A stretch of DNA of 34,123 bases from Candidatus Magasanikbacteria bacterium GW2011_GWC2_45_8 (GCA_001001925.1 LCLH01000004.1:1-34123), one strand, 5' to 3'. Shown: positions 1 to 8,405, counted from the stretch's first letter. Program-made: numbers and translations. The notes: a model not told the origin generated them from the sequence alone.

Positions 1-567
1 CCACCCGAGTATGACTCCCATCAAAATACCTAAACGAATATCGCCGTCCCCAATCCATCGCCCTTTTGAAAAAACATATTGTGCCGCAAAAAAACCTCCG
101 GCCAAAAGCGCGGCAAACAAAAGCGAGCCAACCTGCACGCCGCGCGCGATTTGTAAAATCATGAACACTGCAATTGCCGGCAAGGTAATCACGTCCGGAA
201 CAATCTGATACTCATGATCAATCACAAAAAGCGCCACCAGCATTCCCGTTGACAAAACAACAAATGAAACATCAAGCGGAACGGCAAAATAGTCTGGGCG
301 AGCAATCCACGCAAATACCAAAGCCACCGCCGTTGCCAATTCAAGCAAAGGATATCGCCAGCTGATTTTCTGCAAGCAATACCGGCACTTAAAACGCAAC
401 AATAAAAAACTTACAACCGGAATAAGGTCTATCCACGCAAGCGTATGCAAACAATGTACGCACAAAGAACGCCCCTTGAGCGTTACGCCGTTGGGGATTC
501 TCCAGACGATCATGTTGATAAAACTACCGAGCAAAAGTCCACCGATAAACAAAAAAATGCCTGTCAT
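1..567 (-). CDS. pilD: Prepilin (type IV leader) peptidase / N-methyltransferase, A24 family; C-terminus runs off the left window edge
   Basis: Absent from the supplied ORF track because there is no stop in the window. My reverse-strand translation from the ATG at 567-565 gives MTGIFLFIGGLLLGSFINMIVWRIPNG..CVHCLHTLAWIDLIPVVSFLLLRFKCRYCLQKISWRYPLLE..VIDHEYQIVPD..GRWIGDGDIRLGILMG. It is open for all 189 codons to position 1. It has the paired CxxC motifs and both aspartate motifs (D..PD and GDGD) typical of PilD. Confidence 0.8.
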   Translation of the reverse strand, partial: MTGIFLFIGGLLLGSFINMIVWRIPNGVTLKGRSLCVHCLHTLAWIDLIPVVSFLLLRFKCRYCLQKISWRYPLLELATAVALVFAWIARPDYFAVPLDVSFVVLSTGMLVALFVIDHEYQIVPDVITLPAIAVFMILQIARGVQVGSLLFAALLAGGFFAAQYVFSKGRWIGDGDIRLGILMGVILGW

Positions 568-579
568 AGAAGTGCCCTT

Positions 580-588
580 ATAATACCA
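580..588 (-). promoter_or_regulatory. Candidate extended -10 element (TGgTATTAT) for pilD
   Basis: The reverse complement of 580-588 is tggtattat, 12 nt upstream of the pilD ATG. It is a variant of the TGn -10 motif seen elsewhere in the window. Confidence 0.3.
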
Positions 589-608
589 TATTGGACCGCT
601 TTAGCAAA

Positions 609-642
609 GCAAAACGAGCCCCCTTTTTGAAAGAGGCTCGTT
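609..642 (-). terminator. Hairpin between the pilin stop and the pilD start, a possible intrinsic terminator or attenuator
   Basis: An 8-bp stem pairs aacgagcc (613-620) with ggctcgtt (635-642), with extra CTTT/AAAG pairing inside the loop. On the minus strand a short T-rich tract (cgttttgctttg) follows. Confidence 0.4.
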
Positions 643-666
643 AAGAAATCAGTAAAAACCCGATCT

Positions 667-1083
667 TTATTGAAGACCTGCCGGTGTTTGTGTATGTATC
701 CCAAGCGCCAAACCTCCACTTGTGCCTTCAAGAGTGAAAGCTATACTGTAGGTTGATCCGTCAGTTGAAGTATATGTGTAGACGCTGTCTGGTGGAGGCG
801 TTGGACTTGACGGAACGGTAGCCAAATATGTAGTTCCGCTACATAGTCCAGATGCCTGAAAGCCATTAGTTCCAAGACAAACCGCAGTACTTCCTCCTAA
901 GGTAACTCCAGCAGACGTAGGATACAGATTTTGATCAGTAAAGTAGAGCTCCAGTACCGTACTTAACTGTTTGACGTCAGCCAAACGTTTTGCGTCACGT
1001 GACTTCTGGCGAGCAGAACCCAATGCTACCACCGCGAGGGTAGAAAGCAAAGCAATAATTGTAAAACCTTTTTGTTGCTTCAT
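667..1083 (-). CDS. Type IV pilin-like protein (prepilin-type N-terminal signal), atypical because it lacks Glu+5
   Basis: MKQQKG|FTIIALLSTLAVVALGSARQKSRDAKRLADVKQL has a short basic leader ending in Gly, a hydrophobic helix, and the SAR..ARDAKR.AD.KQ pattern common in CPR pilins. It has two Cys (CLGTNGFQASGLC) and lies between pilD and pilM. An extended SD, GAAAGGGGGTGAAAAC, sits directly before the ATG. Confidence 0.75.
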   Translation of the reverse strand: MKQQKGFTIIALLSTLAVVALGSARQKSRDAKRLADVKQLSTVLELYFTDQNLYPTSAGVTLGGSTAVCLGTNGFQASGLCSGTTYLATVPSSPTPPPDSVYTYTSTDGSTYSIAFTLEGTSGGLALGIHTQTPAGLQ

Positions 1084-1139
1084 GTTTTCACCCCCTTTCT
1101 TTTTGAAGATGTTATTTCCTCAATGACCTTTTACCTAAA

Positions 1140-1532
1140 TTAGTGTGTGGCCTTTTCCAAAATTTTCTTGACCTTGGCCACTGTTTCTGATGGTTTAAAG
1201 TGCGCTTTAATAAGATAATCAGCGGCGCCAAGCTGGAGACCTCTTTCAACATCATCTCTCTGACCTAAATTGGTAAGCAAAATTACCGGTATATCTTTTG
1301 TTTCCGCGTCTTTTTTTAATCTTTCTAATACGGCAAATCCGTCAAGTTTTGGCAGAAGGACATCAAGTAATATAATATCCGGTTTTTTTGTCTTCACGGC
1401 TTTAAGAGCTTCCTCTCCGTCCCCCGCTGTTGCCACCTGATAGCCATCTTTTACAAATTTTGTCTGATATATATTAGACAAAAAAGTATCATCTTCTACC
1501 AATAAAATTTTTTGTACCTGTTTAGTAGGCAT
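1140..1532 (-). CDS. Stand-alone response regulator receiver (CheY-like) domain protein
   Basis: It carries LLVEDD, the phospho-acceptor context DIILLDVLLPKLDG, the LLTNLG threonine and DYLIKAHF lysine. The ORF-track start at 1544 is a TTG. I prefer the ATG at 1532 (MPTKQVQKILLVEDD). Confidence 0.85.
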   Translation of the reverse strand: MPTKQVQKILLVEDDTFLSNIYQTKFVKDGYQVATAGDGEEALKAVKTKKPDIILLDVLLPKLDGFAVLERLKKDAETKDIPVILLTNLGQRDDVERGLQLGAADYLIKAHFKPSETVAKVKKILEKATH

Positions 1533-1549
1533 ATATTCCAACAATTTCT

Positions 1550-1558
1550 AGTATATCA
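1550..1558 (-). promoter_or_regulatory. Candidate extended -10 (TGaTATACT) for the receiver gene, overlapping the pilM stop codon
   Basis: The reverse complement of 1550-1558 is tgatatact, 17 nt upstream of the ATG at 1532. Confidence 0.3.
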
Positions 1559-2647
1559 CACTTTTGAAAGTTTCAATAATCTGCGCAAGGCCATTCCAAG
1601 CGCCACCGCAAAACGAGGCCCTATGGATTCCAATACTGGTTGAAGCTCCGGGTCGTAAATTACGCGTGACCATGGGTCTCCCACATAAGTCTTGATGGAA
1701 AAGCGGTCGCTCAACAGCGTGTCAAACTTTGGCAAAAGCGCCGCGCCGCCTGTCAAAATTATTTTCTCCGGACGTGCTGTTTCTTGTTCTTTTTGCTTGG
1801 TATAAATTTCCAATGAGTAGTTTACCTCCTCCACAAGCGGCTCAAGTGTTTTTTTGAGCAGGTTCAAAAGCGCGTCGCCACCGTGCTCGGCCGCCATATC
1901 GCGTTTAACGGCTTCTGCCTGGCTCATATCCAAACCAAGCTGGGCTGCAATGACTTCTGTGCACTGACGTCCGCCAATATTAACGCTCCTGAAAAAAATG
2001 GGAACACCCTCATCTACAATAAAGAAGTCGGTTTGTTCTCCACCCATGTCTATCAAGAGCGCAGGGCTTGGGTCCGTGCCCACGAGCGCGGTAATAAGGC
2101 CAAATACCTCGCTTTCTAAGCTTAAAAGTTGTAAGCCGGCAATGCGGAAAATTTCCGTATACGCGGCAATGAGTTTCTTGGAAGTTGCGGTTACCAAAAT
2201 ATGTTCCACCTTGTTGCGCTTATCTTCTTCTGTTTCTTTTGCGTCTTTTGATTTTTTTGCCGGTTGTATCACTTTCCAGTCCAACGCGGTATCCACTATC
2301 GGCTGTTTAAGAAATTTTGAAACTTCACGCTCCACAAACAATTGTTTTTCTTCTTTTTTGAGCGCGGGTATCGTAAAATAGCCGCTGTATACCGCCGCGG
2401 CGGGAAGGCTTGCAAAAGCCCGTTTTGAAACTGTTTTTGATTTTAAACAAATTTGCTTAAGCAGTGCACCGACATGATCAACATCCAATAACTGCTCGCT
2501 GTCCGCGTGAATGGCGATGGATTCGTCCGCAAATCCATACGTAAACAAGTGCGGACGTTTTCCGCGTTTTATTATTTCAACAACTTTTATTCCGTGTGAT
2601 CCAATATCTACGCCTAAATAACTCTCTGGTTTGCTGAATGGCCACAT
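1556..2647 (-). CDS. pilM: Type IV pilus assembly protein PilM (actin/FtsA-like ATPase fold)
   Basis: From the internal ATG at 2647 it reads MWPFSKPESYLGVDIGSHGIKVVE..LLIDMGGEQTDFFIVDEGVPIFFRSVNIGG..IILTGGAALLP. These are the phosphate-1, phosphate-2 and adenosine motifs in the PilM arrangement. The 27 codons upstream in the ORF track look like non-coding read-through. Confidence 0.8.
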   Translation of the reverse strand: MWPFSKPESYLGVDIGSHGIKVVEIIKRGKRPHLFTYGFADESIAIHADSEQLLDVDHVGALLKQICLKSKTVSKRAFASLPAAAVYSGYFTIPALKKEEKQLFVEREVSKFLKQPIVDTALDWKVIQPAKKSKDAKETEEDKRNKVEHILVTATSKKLIAAYTEIFRIAGLQLLSLESEVFGLITALVGTDPSPALLIDMGGEQTDFFIVDEGVPIFFRSVNIGGRQCTEVIAAQLGLDMSQAEAVKRDMAAEHGGDALLNLLKKTLEPLVEEVNYSLEIYTKQKEQETARPEKIILTGGAALLPKFDTLLSDRFSIKTYVGDPWSRVIYDPELQPVLESIGPRFAVALGMALRRLLKLSKV

Positions 2648-2656
2648 AGTGATTAT

Positions 2657-2665
2657 AGTATAGCA
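2657..2665 (-). promoter_or_regulatory. Candidate extended -10 (TGcTATACT) for pilM; transcript near-leaderless
   Basis: The reverse complement of 2657-2665 is tgctatact. Only 9 nt separate it from the pilM ATG (2647-2645), and there is no SD. Confidence 0.45.
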
Positions 2666-2734
2666 TATTTTAAACAGAAGCGGGCGCCGAGCAAAAAAGT
2701 TATACACAATTTGTGTTGAGACGCACAAACAAAG

Positions 2735-2740
2735 TATACT
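2735..2740 (+). promoter_or_regulatory. Candidate -10 (TATACT) for cysS; leaderless transcript predicted
   Basis: TATACT at 2735-2740 lies 7 nt before the cysS ATG at 2748. There is no room for an SD. Confidence 0.4.
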
Positions 2741-2747
2741 ATCCTAT

Positions 2748-4130
2748 ATGCTCTCCATCTATAACACCCTCGCCCGCAAAAAAGAACCTTTTCATCCACT
2801 TATCAAAGGCCATGTTTCTCTTTATACCTGCGGACCAACGGTCTACAACTTTGCGCATATTGGCAATTTGCGCACGTATGTGTTTGAAGATATTTTAAAG
2901 CGCGTTTTGCAATACAATGAATTGAAAGTCAAGCACGTGATGAACATTACCGACGTGGGGCATTTGACTTCTGACGCAGACGAAGGCGAAGATAAAATGG
3001 AAAAAGGTGCCGCGCGAGAAGGCAAAACTGCATGGAATATAGCAAAATTTTACACCGCAGCATTTAAAAAAGATCTAAAACTTTTGAATATCTTGCCGGC
3101 GGACAAAATGCCGCGCGCCACGGATCATATTAAAGAACAGATCGCTTTGATAAAAATTTTGGAAAAAAAAAGTTTTGCCTATCGCACCTCTGACGGCATA
3201 TATTTTGACACAGGCAAGCTCACGGACTACGGCAAGCTCGCAGCACAAAATTTTGAAGACAAAAAAGCCGGCGCGCGCGTTGAAGTAAACAAAGAAAAAC
3301 ACGCGCCATGGGATTTTGCATTGTGGAAATTTTCTCCCAAGGGCGCCAAACGCCAGATGGAATGGAAATCACCGTGGGGCGTAGGGTTCCCTGGCTGGCA
3401 TATTGAATGTTCCGCCATGTCGCGCGCGTATCTTGGCCAACCCTTTGATATCCACTGCGGAGGCATAGATCATATTGCCATCCACCATACAAACGAAATC
3501 GCGCAAAGCGAAGTGGCGTATGACACACCCCTTGCGCGTGTCTGGATGCATGGCGAGTTTGTGGTTATTGGCGAGCAAGAAAAAATGGCAAAATCCGCGG
3601 GCAATTTCTTGACACTCAACGCGTTGGTGAAAAAAAGTTTCAGCCCGCTCGCTTACCGATATCTCCTCTTGGGCACGCATTACCGTTCACCGCTTGCTTT
3701 TTCATTTGAAGCTCTACAAGGCGCGCAAAACGCGTTGGATGCGATTTATGACGACGTCCGTGGTTTTGAAAAACCGCGCATAGGGTGCGCTGAATTTGAA
3801 GAAAAATTCAAAACAGCGGTGAATGATGACTTAAATATTCCCAAGGCGCTTAGTGTTATGTGGAATTTGATGAAATCCGCTTATCCAAGTCATGCCAAAG
3901 CACAGTCTCTCCTCAAGTTTGACACCGTGCTCGGTCTGGGGCTTGCGCGCGTGCTTGGGCACCCGTTGCGTATCCCCGCGCGCGTACACGCGCTTGCGCA
4001 GGCGCGTGAAAAGGCGCGTGCCGCCCGCGACTGGGCGGGATCCGACTCGTTACGGATACAGATAAAAAAAATGGGGTATCACATAGAAGACGCGCCAAAA
4101 GGATACAAAATCAAAAAGACGCACTCGTAG
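2748..4130 (+). CDS. cysS: Cysteine--tRNA ligase
   Basis: It has the class I HIGH motif ([10 protein letters not shown]), KMSKS as KMAKS, and the zinc/cysteine-site context ([21 protein letters not shown]). Length is 460 aa. Confidence 0.95.
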   Translation: MLSIYNTLARKKEPFHPLIKGHVSLYTCGPTVYNFAHIGNLRTYVFEDILKRVLQYNELKVKHVMNITDVGHLTSDADEGEDKMEKGAAREGKTAWNIAKFYTAAFKKDLKLLNILPADKMPRATDHIKEQIALIKILEKKSFAYRTSDGIYFDTGKLTDYGKLAAQNFEDKKAGARVEVNKEKHAPWDFALWKFSPKGAKRQMEWKSPWGVGFPGWHIECSAMSRAYLGQPFDIHCGGIDHIAIHHTNEIAQSEVAYDTPLARVWMHGEFVVIGEQEKMAKSAGNFLTLNALVKKSFSPLAYRYLLLGTHYRSPLAFSFEALQGAQNALDAIYDDVRGFEKPRIGCAEFEEKFKTAVNDDLNIPKALSVMWNLMKSAYPSHAKAQSLLKFDTVLGLGLARVLGHPLRIPARVHALAQAREKARAARDWAGSDSLRIQIKKMGYHIEDAPKGYKIKKTHS

Positions 4131-4146
4131 ACTCGGGTGCGTTTTC
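4119..4146. terminator. Hairpin at the cysS / CorA-like convergent junction (bidirectional terminator candidate)
   Basis: The stem pairs acgcactcg (4119-4127) with cgggtgcgt (4134-4142), including one G-U pair. TTTT follows it and an A-run precedes it. It overlaps the cysS stop codon. Confidence 0.45.
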
Positions 4147-4160
4147 AATTATGTAAAACC

Positions 4161-5093
4161 TTACATCCACTTGCGGAGCTTGTAAAATACAAGCATGACG
4201 CCACCCATAAAACCCATAAGAACCGCTATCCACCAAAATCCAAACGGCCAGTCTATAAACGGCGTGCTCGGGGCGCGCGTTGCAAGCAACGTAGCCACGA
4301 GAGTGAGAGAAAAAATAATAGACGTAAACAGCGTAAACCTTTGCATGATTTGGTTGCTCCGCAAGTTTAAAAGCGACACGTGGCTTTCATGAATGGCGTC
4401 TATTGTGTCGCTAAAATTCTCCAACATGCCCCAGATGTCCTCTGTGTGCTCCACTAAATCATTAAAATATAATGAAAGCTCCTCCACAGGAAAAAGCCGC
4501 TCGGCTTTTTCTATGAGTTGTTTGATGACCCGCGTATGGCGGTTCATTGCTTTTCTAAAATTGACGATGTTTGTTTTAATCCGCAAGACTTCATTGATAT
4601 TTTCAATCTTTTTAACCTCAAAAATGTTTGCTTCTATAGCGTCTATGTCGTTGCTGATGTGCGTTATCATGGGATAGCAATAATGCTCAAGCGTTGAAAG
4701 CACTTTATAAAGCAATATGCTTGGTGAATTCGGCAAAACGTGCTGTGGAGTTTTCTTCTTTTTTCCAGGAAAATGCTCTCTAAATAACTGATCCAAAGCA
4801 AACAGTGTGGAGGACGAGGTAGTAAAGAGAAAATCCTTTCCCACCGCAATGTCAACCTCAATAGGAGAAATTTTGCCTGTAGCGCGATTATAAATTGGAA
4901 AAAGTAAAATCAAAAAAAGATACTGATCGCGGTTTTCCAGCTTGGGGCGCTGAAGCGGCGGCAAAATATCTTGCGCGTCAAGCGGATGCAGGCCAAACCG
5001 CAGGCTGATCTCTTGAACCTGTTTCTGGCTTGGCATGGGAACATGCACCCACGAAAATGAATTATTTTTAATTTCTTGAATTGATGTATCCAT
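4161..5093 (-). CDS. CorA-superfamily (2-TM) divalent cation transporter-like protein lacking the GMN signature
   Basis: A long soluble N-terminal domain is followed by two C-terminal TM helices and a KLRKWM tail, as in CorA. The segment that aligns to ..IAGIYGMNFEYMPEL.. reads ..LVATLLATRAPSTPFIDW... I take the start at the ATG at 5093 (MDTSIQEIK). Confidence 0.65.
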   Translation of the reverse strand: MDTSIQEIKNNSFSWVHVPMPSQKQVQEISLRFGLHPLDAQDILPPLQRPKLENRDQYLFLILLFPIYNRATGKISPIEVDIAVGKDFLFTTSSSTLFALDQLFREHFPGKKKKTPQHVLPNSPSILLYKVLSTLEHYCYPMITHISNDIDAIEANIFEVKKIENINEVLRIKTNIVNFRKAMNRHTRVIKQLIEKAERLFPVEELSLYFNDLVEHTEDIWGMLENFSDTIDAIHESHVSLLNLRSNQIMQRFTLFTSIIFSLTLVATLLATRAPSTPFIDWPFGFWWIAVLMGFMGGVMLVFYKLRKWM

Positions 5094-5103
5094 AGGTGAG
5101 TAT

Positions 5104-5112
5104 AGTATACCA
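5104..5112 (-). promoter_or_regulatory. Candidate extended -10 (TGgTATACT) for the CorA-like gene; near-leaderless
   Basis: The reverse complement of 5104-5112 is tggtatact, 10 nt upstream of the ATG at 5093. Confidence 0.4.
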
Positions 5113-5189
5113 CACAAGAAGTGGTAGCGTCTATGGAAAACAAGATTTAATTTCAAAAAACATTAAATTGGATAAAACACTTCTATATG

Positions 5190-5198
5190 TGCTATACT
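5190..5198 (+). promoter_or_regulatory. Candidate extended -10 (TGcTATACT) for the 5218-9228 (or longer) gene string
   Basis: tgctatact at 5190-5198 lies 19 nt upstream of the ATG at 5218. Confidence 0.4.
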
Positions 5199-5217
5199 AT
5201 AAACGTTAAAAAAACGT

Positions 5218-5721
5218 ATGCCCATAAAAAAACCAGAGCTCAAAAATCAAGAAACACCGCTTGAAAAATTAGGGACACAATCAACCGCTCACGCACCAGA
5301 ACAAGCTCCTCAATTTGAGATTAAAAAAACCAGTCAAGAGGTGGTTCCACGCCATGACCAAGAAGAAAAATCATCCTCCTCACGCAAACCAAAAACAGCG
5401 TTCTCTGCTCCAGTTGCTCCAGCTCCTCAACCAAAATCAGAGCTTCTTTTGGAAGTTGAAGATATTCTTTCAGAAGACCTTGCGCCTGTTTATCAAAAAA
5501 TGACACCGGAAAATCAGAGAAAATTCAAAGCAAAAGGCGAAGAAATCGCGCGCACTATTTGGCAAATGATGGAAACTGCCAAACTTCAGCTGAAAAAGAT
5601 ACTCACTCTCTTGCGTGAATGGCTCAAGATGATTCCAAGTGTTAATCGCTATTTCTTGGAGCAAGAGACAAAAATTAAAATTGATAAAATTATTGATCTT
5701 ACGCACAAACAAAAACATTAA
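5218..5721 (+). CDS. Hypothetical protein with a disordered Pro/Ser/Gln-rich N-terminal half and a helical C-terminal half
   Basis: A 167-aa ORF ends 11 nt before the large ATPase gene. I recognise no motif. The coding call rests on length, position and the absence of competing ORFs. Confidence 0.5.
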   Translation: MPIKKPELKNQETPLEKLGTQSTAHAPEQAPQFEIKKTSQEVVPRHDQEEKSSSSRKPKTAFSAPVAPAPQPKSELLLEVEDILSEDLAPVYQKMTPENQRKFKAKGEEIARTIWQMMETAKLQLKKILTLLREWLKMIPSVNRYFLEQETKIKIDKIIDLTHKQKH

Positions 5722-5732
5722 ATTCGCCCCGT

Positions 5733-8405
5733 ATGGCACAGCCATCCTACGTGCTTGAACAAACAGGCAGTGGCCTGCCGGTTCAAAATTTACCTTCAGA
5801 AGCGGCACAAGGTTTTTTAAACAGCCCAATACTTTATTATATCCTTGTTGCGGCGGCATGGACATTTTTTGGTATTGCCCTTTTAAACGGTATTCGTTTT
5901 ATTATTTGGCATTTTGCGCGAATTCGCTACACTTTCCGCCGTAAAATTTTATTAGTACGCCTTCCTAAAGAAGCAGAAGAAGAAGCAAAACGCAAAGAAG
6001 TTGTTGATCAAAAAAAGGATATAAAAGAGGTTATTGCAGTCATGGAAACGCTCTATGCGTCGCTTGCCGGCATCAAGCGTTTGCACGATTGGAAATATAT
6101 ATTTTACAAAATAAGAAGATTTTTCCGAGGCTCTCACCGCCACATCTCGTTTGAAGTAGTGCTCCATGAGGGGCTCGTAAAATTTTTTGTGGTGGTGCGA
6201 AATGATTTAGCTGAATATGTAGAAAAACAAATCCACGCGGAGTTTCCTTCCGCTCAAGTGGAAGAAGTACCGGATTATAACATTTTTAACGCGCAAGGGA
6301 TTATAAGAGGCACTTATCTCAAATGTACAAAAACATCTATTTTACCTCTTAAAACCTACAAAAAATTGGACGGAGACCCAATGGAGGGAATTCTCAATAC
6401 GTTCAGCAAGCTAAAAAAAGACGAAGGCGTGGCGATACAAATTCTTCTGCGCCCTGCTTCCGGAGATTATCGCAAGCAGGCCATGATGATAGAACAGCGT
6501 TTAGATAAAGGCGACAAGCTTGAGAAAGCTATTTCCGCAAACTCATCTTTTACGGACTGGCTCATCAAAATAATGCTTTTCCCCATAACAGTACTCACCT
6601 ACATCATTAAAGAATTCATTTCTAAAAAAGGCGACGCGCAAAAAGAAATGCAAAATGAAAAAAACTTGCCGGTGCGTCTTTACCAGAGAGAAGAAGAAAT
6701 TAAAAAAGGAATTGAAGAAAAATTCACCAAAGTAAATTTTGAAACAAACATTCGCGTGCTCACCTCCGCCTCAAATGAAATCCGCGCGCAACAAATTTTA
6801 CGCGATATGCTTGGCGCGTTTTCACAATTTACCGCACATGAGAGCGGCAACGGATTCAAAGAACGCATTATATTTTTAAAGTCAATGCTCATCCACGATT
6901 TTATCTATCGCAATTTTCGTGAATGGAAAAAAGTTATTCTCTCATCAGAAGAACTCGCAAGTATCTGCCACTTTCCATCCCCTGCCGCAGAGACGCCGAA
7001 TATCTTATGGCTACAAGCGCGCACCTCGCCGCCGCCTGTGGACTTGCCCGAAAACGGGATCTTGCTCGGGCACGCCGTATATCGCGGAGAAACACATGAC
7101 GTCCGACTTCAAGAAGAAGACCGCCGCCGCCATCTCTACATTATTGGTATGACGGGTTCCGGTAAAAGCGTGCTCATGAGCAATCTTGCAATTCAAGATA
7201 TCAAAGCCGGACACGGCGTCTGCATTGTGGATCCGCACGGAACGCTGGTGGAAGATGTTTTGCCGCATATTCCCAAGGAGCGCGTGGACGATGTCATATA
7301 TTTCAATCCCGCAGATATAGAGCGGCCGATTGGTTTGAACATGTTAGAAGCGGATAACCCAATGCAAATGGATTTTGCAGTGCAAGAAATGATCGCAATT
7401 TTCTATAAATTGGTTACCGATCCCTCAATGATCGGCCCCATGTTTGAACATAACATGCGCAACGCAATGCTTACGCTCATGGCAGACAAAGAATTTCCCG
7501 GCAGTATAGCGGATATTCCACGCATTTTTACGGACACGGATTTCCAAAAATACAAACTTTCCAAAGTTACAGATCCAATGGTGCGCGCGTTTTGGGAAAA
7601 AGAAATGGCGAAAACTTCTGATTTTCATAAATCAGAAATGCTTGGATATTTGATTTCAAAAGTTGGCCGTTTTGTGGAAAATGAAATGATTAGAAACATT
7701 ATTGGCCAGCCAAAATCCGGATTCAATTTCCGCGAAGTAATGGACAAGAAAAAAATTCTCCTCATCAATCTGTCCAAAGGCCAAGTGGGAGAGGTCAACT
7801 CAAATTTGCTGGGATTGATTGCGGTATCAAAACTTCAAATGGCGGCACTTACACGCGCGGATCTGCCAGAGTCTGAACGCAATGATTTTTATCTGTACAT
7901 TGATGAATTTCAAAACTTTATCACAGATAGCATTTCCACTATCTTGGCCGAAGCCCGCAAATACCGTCTTGATTTAATTATGGCCCACCAATATATCGGC
8001 CAACTTGCCGGCGGGGGTATTGAAGGCAAACAAGGAAATAGCAAAGTAAAAGATGCTATTTTTGGAAACGTGGGAACAATTGTCTCTTTCCGTATCGGCG
8101 TGGACGACGCGGAAACCATGGCAAAACAATTTGCTCCAACATTAAATGAATACGACGTAATGAATGTGGAACGATATCATGCATATATCCGCCTGCTCAT
8201 CAACAACACCGCATCGCGGCCCTTCACAATGAAAACAGTCGCTCCGCAAAAAGGCGATACCTCAATTGTTGACGCTGTTAAAACCTTATCACGCCTTAAA
8301 TATGGCCGTGATAGAACACTTGTCAATGCGGAAATTCTTGAGCGAACAAAACTCGGAGAAAGTGAAAAAAAGGCGATAAGGCCCGACATAGAGCCAACCT
8401 TGTAA
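5733..8405 (+). CDS. Membrane-anchored VirD4/TraD/TraG-type (T4SS coupling-protein-like) P-loop ATPase with a large unassigned N-terminal region
   Basis: An N-terminal TM segment (ILYYILVAAAWTFFGIALLNGIRFIIW) is followed by about 400 aa with no recognisable motif. Then come Walker A YIIGMTGSGKSV (about 7142-7168), CIVDPHG, Walker B FYLYIDEFQNF (about 7890-7919), and AHQYIGQL plus a VERYHAYIRL tail typical of the TraD/VirD4 family. Confidence 0.7.
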   Translation: MAQPSYVLEQTGSGLPVQNLPSEAAQGFLNSPILYYILVAAAWTFFGIALLNGIRFIIWHFARIRYTFRRKILLVRLPKEAEEEAKRKEVVDQKKDIKEVIAVMETLYASLAGIKRLHDWKYIFYKIRRFFRGSHRHISFEVVLHEGLVKFFVVVRNDLAEYVEKQIHAEFPSAQVEEVPDYNIFNAQGIIRGTYLKCTKTSILPLKTYKKLDGDPMEGILNTFSKLKKDEGVAIQILLRPASGDYRKQAMMIEQRLDKGDKLEKAISANSSFTDWLIKIMLFPITVLTYIIKEFISKKGDAQKEMQNEKNLPVRLYQREEEIKKGIEEKFTKVNFETNIRVLTSASNEIRAQQILRDMLGAFSQFTAHESGNGFKERIIFLKSMLIHDFIYRNFREWKKVILSSEELASICHFPSPAAETPNILWLQARTSPPPVDLPENGILLGHAVYRGETHDVRLQEEDRRRHLYIIGMTGSGKSVLMSNLAIQDIKAGHGVCIVDPHGTLVEDVLPHIPKERVDDVIYFNPADIERPIGLNMLEADNPMQMDFAVQEMIAIFYKLVTDPSMIGPMFEHNMRNAMLTLMADKEFPGSIADIPRIFTDTDFQKYKLSKVTDPMVRAFWEKEMAKTSDFHKSEMLGYLISKVGRFVENEMIRNIIGQPKSGFNFREVMDKKKILLINLSKGQVGEVNSNLLGLIAVSKLQMAALTRADLPESERNDFYLYIDEFQNFITDSISTILAEARKYRLDLIMAHQYIGQLAGGGIEGKQGNSKVKDAIFGNVGTIVSFRIGVDDAETMAKQFAPTLNEYDVMNVERYHAYIRLLINNTASRPFTMKTVAPQKGDTSIVDAVKTLSRLKYGRDRTLVNAEILERTKLGESEKKAIRPDIEPTL

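Noticed and set aside
11-630. Plus-strand ORFs 11-208 and 445-630 at the left edge
   Set aside because: The minus strand across 1-567 translates without stops into an unmistakable prepilin peptidase. The plus-strand ORFs are its shadow frames.
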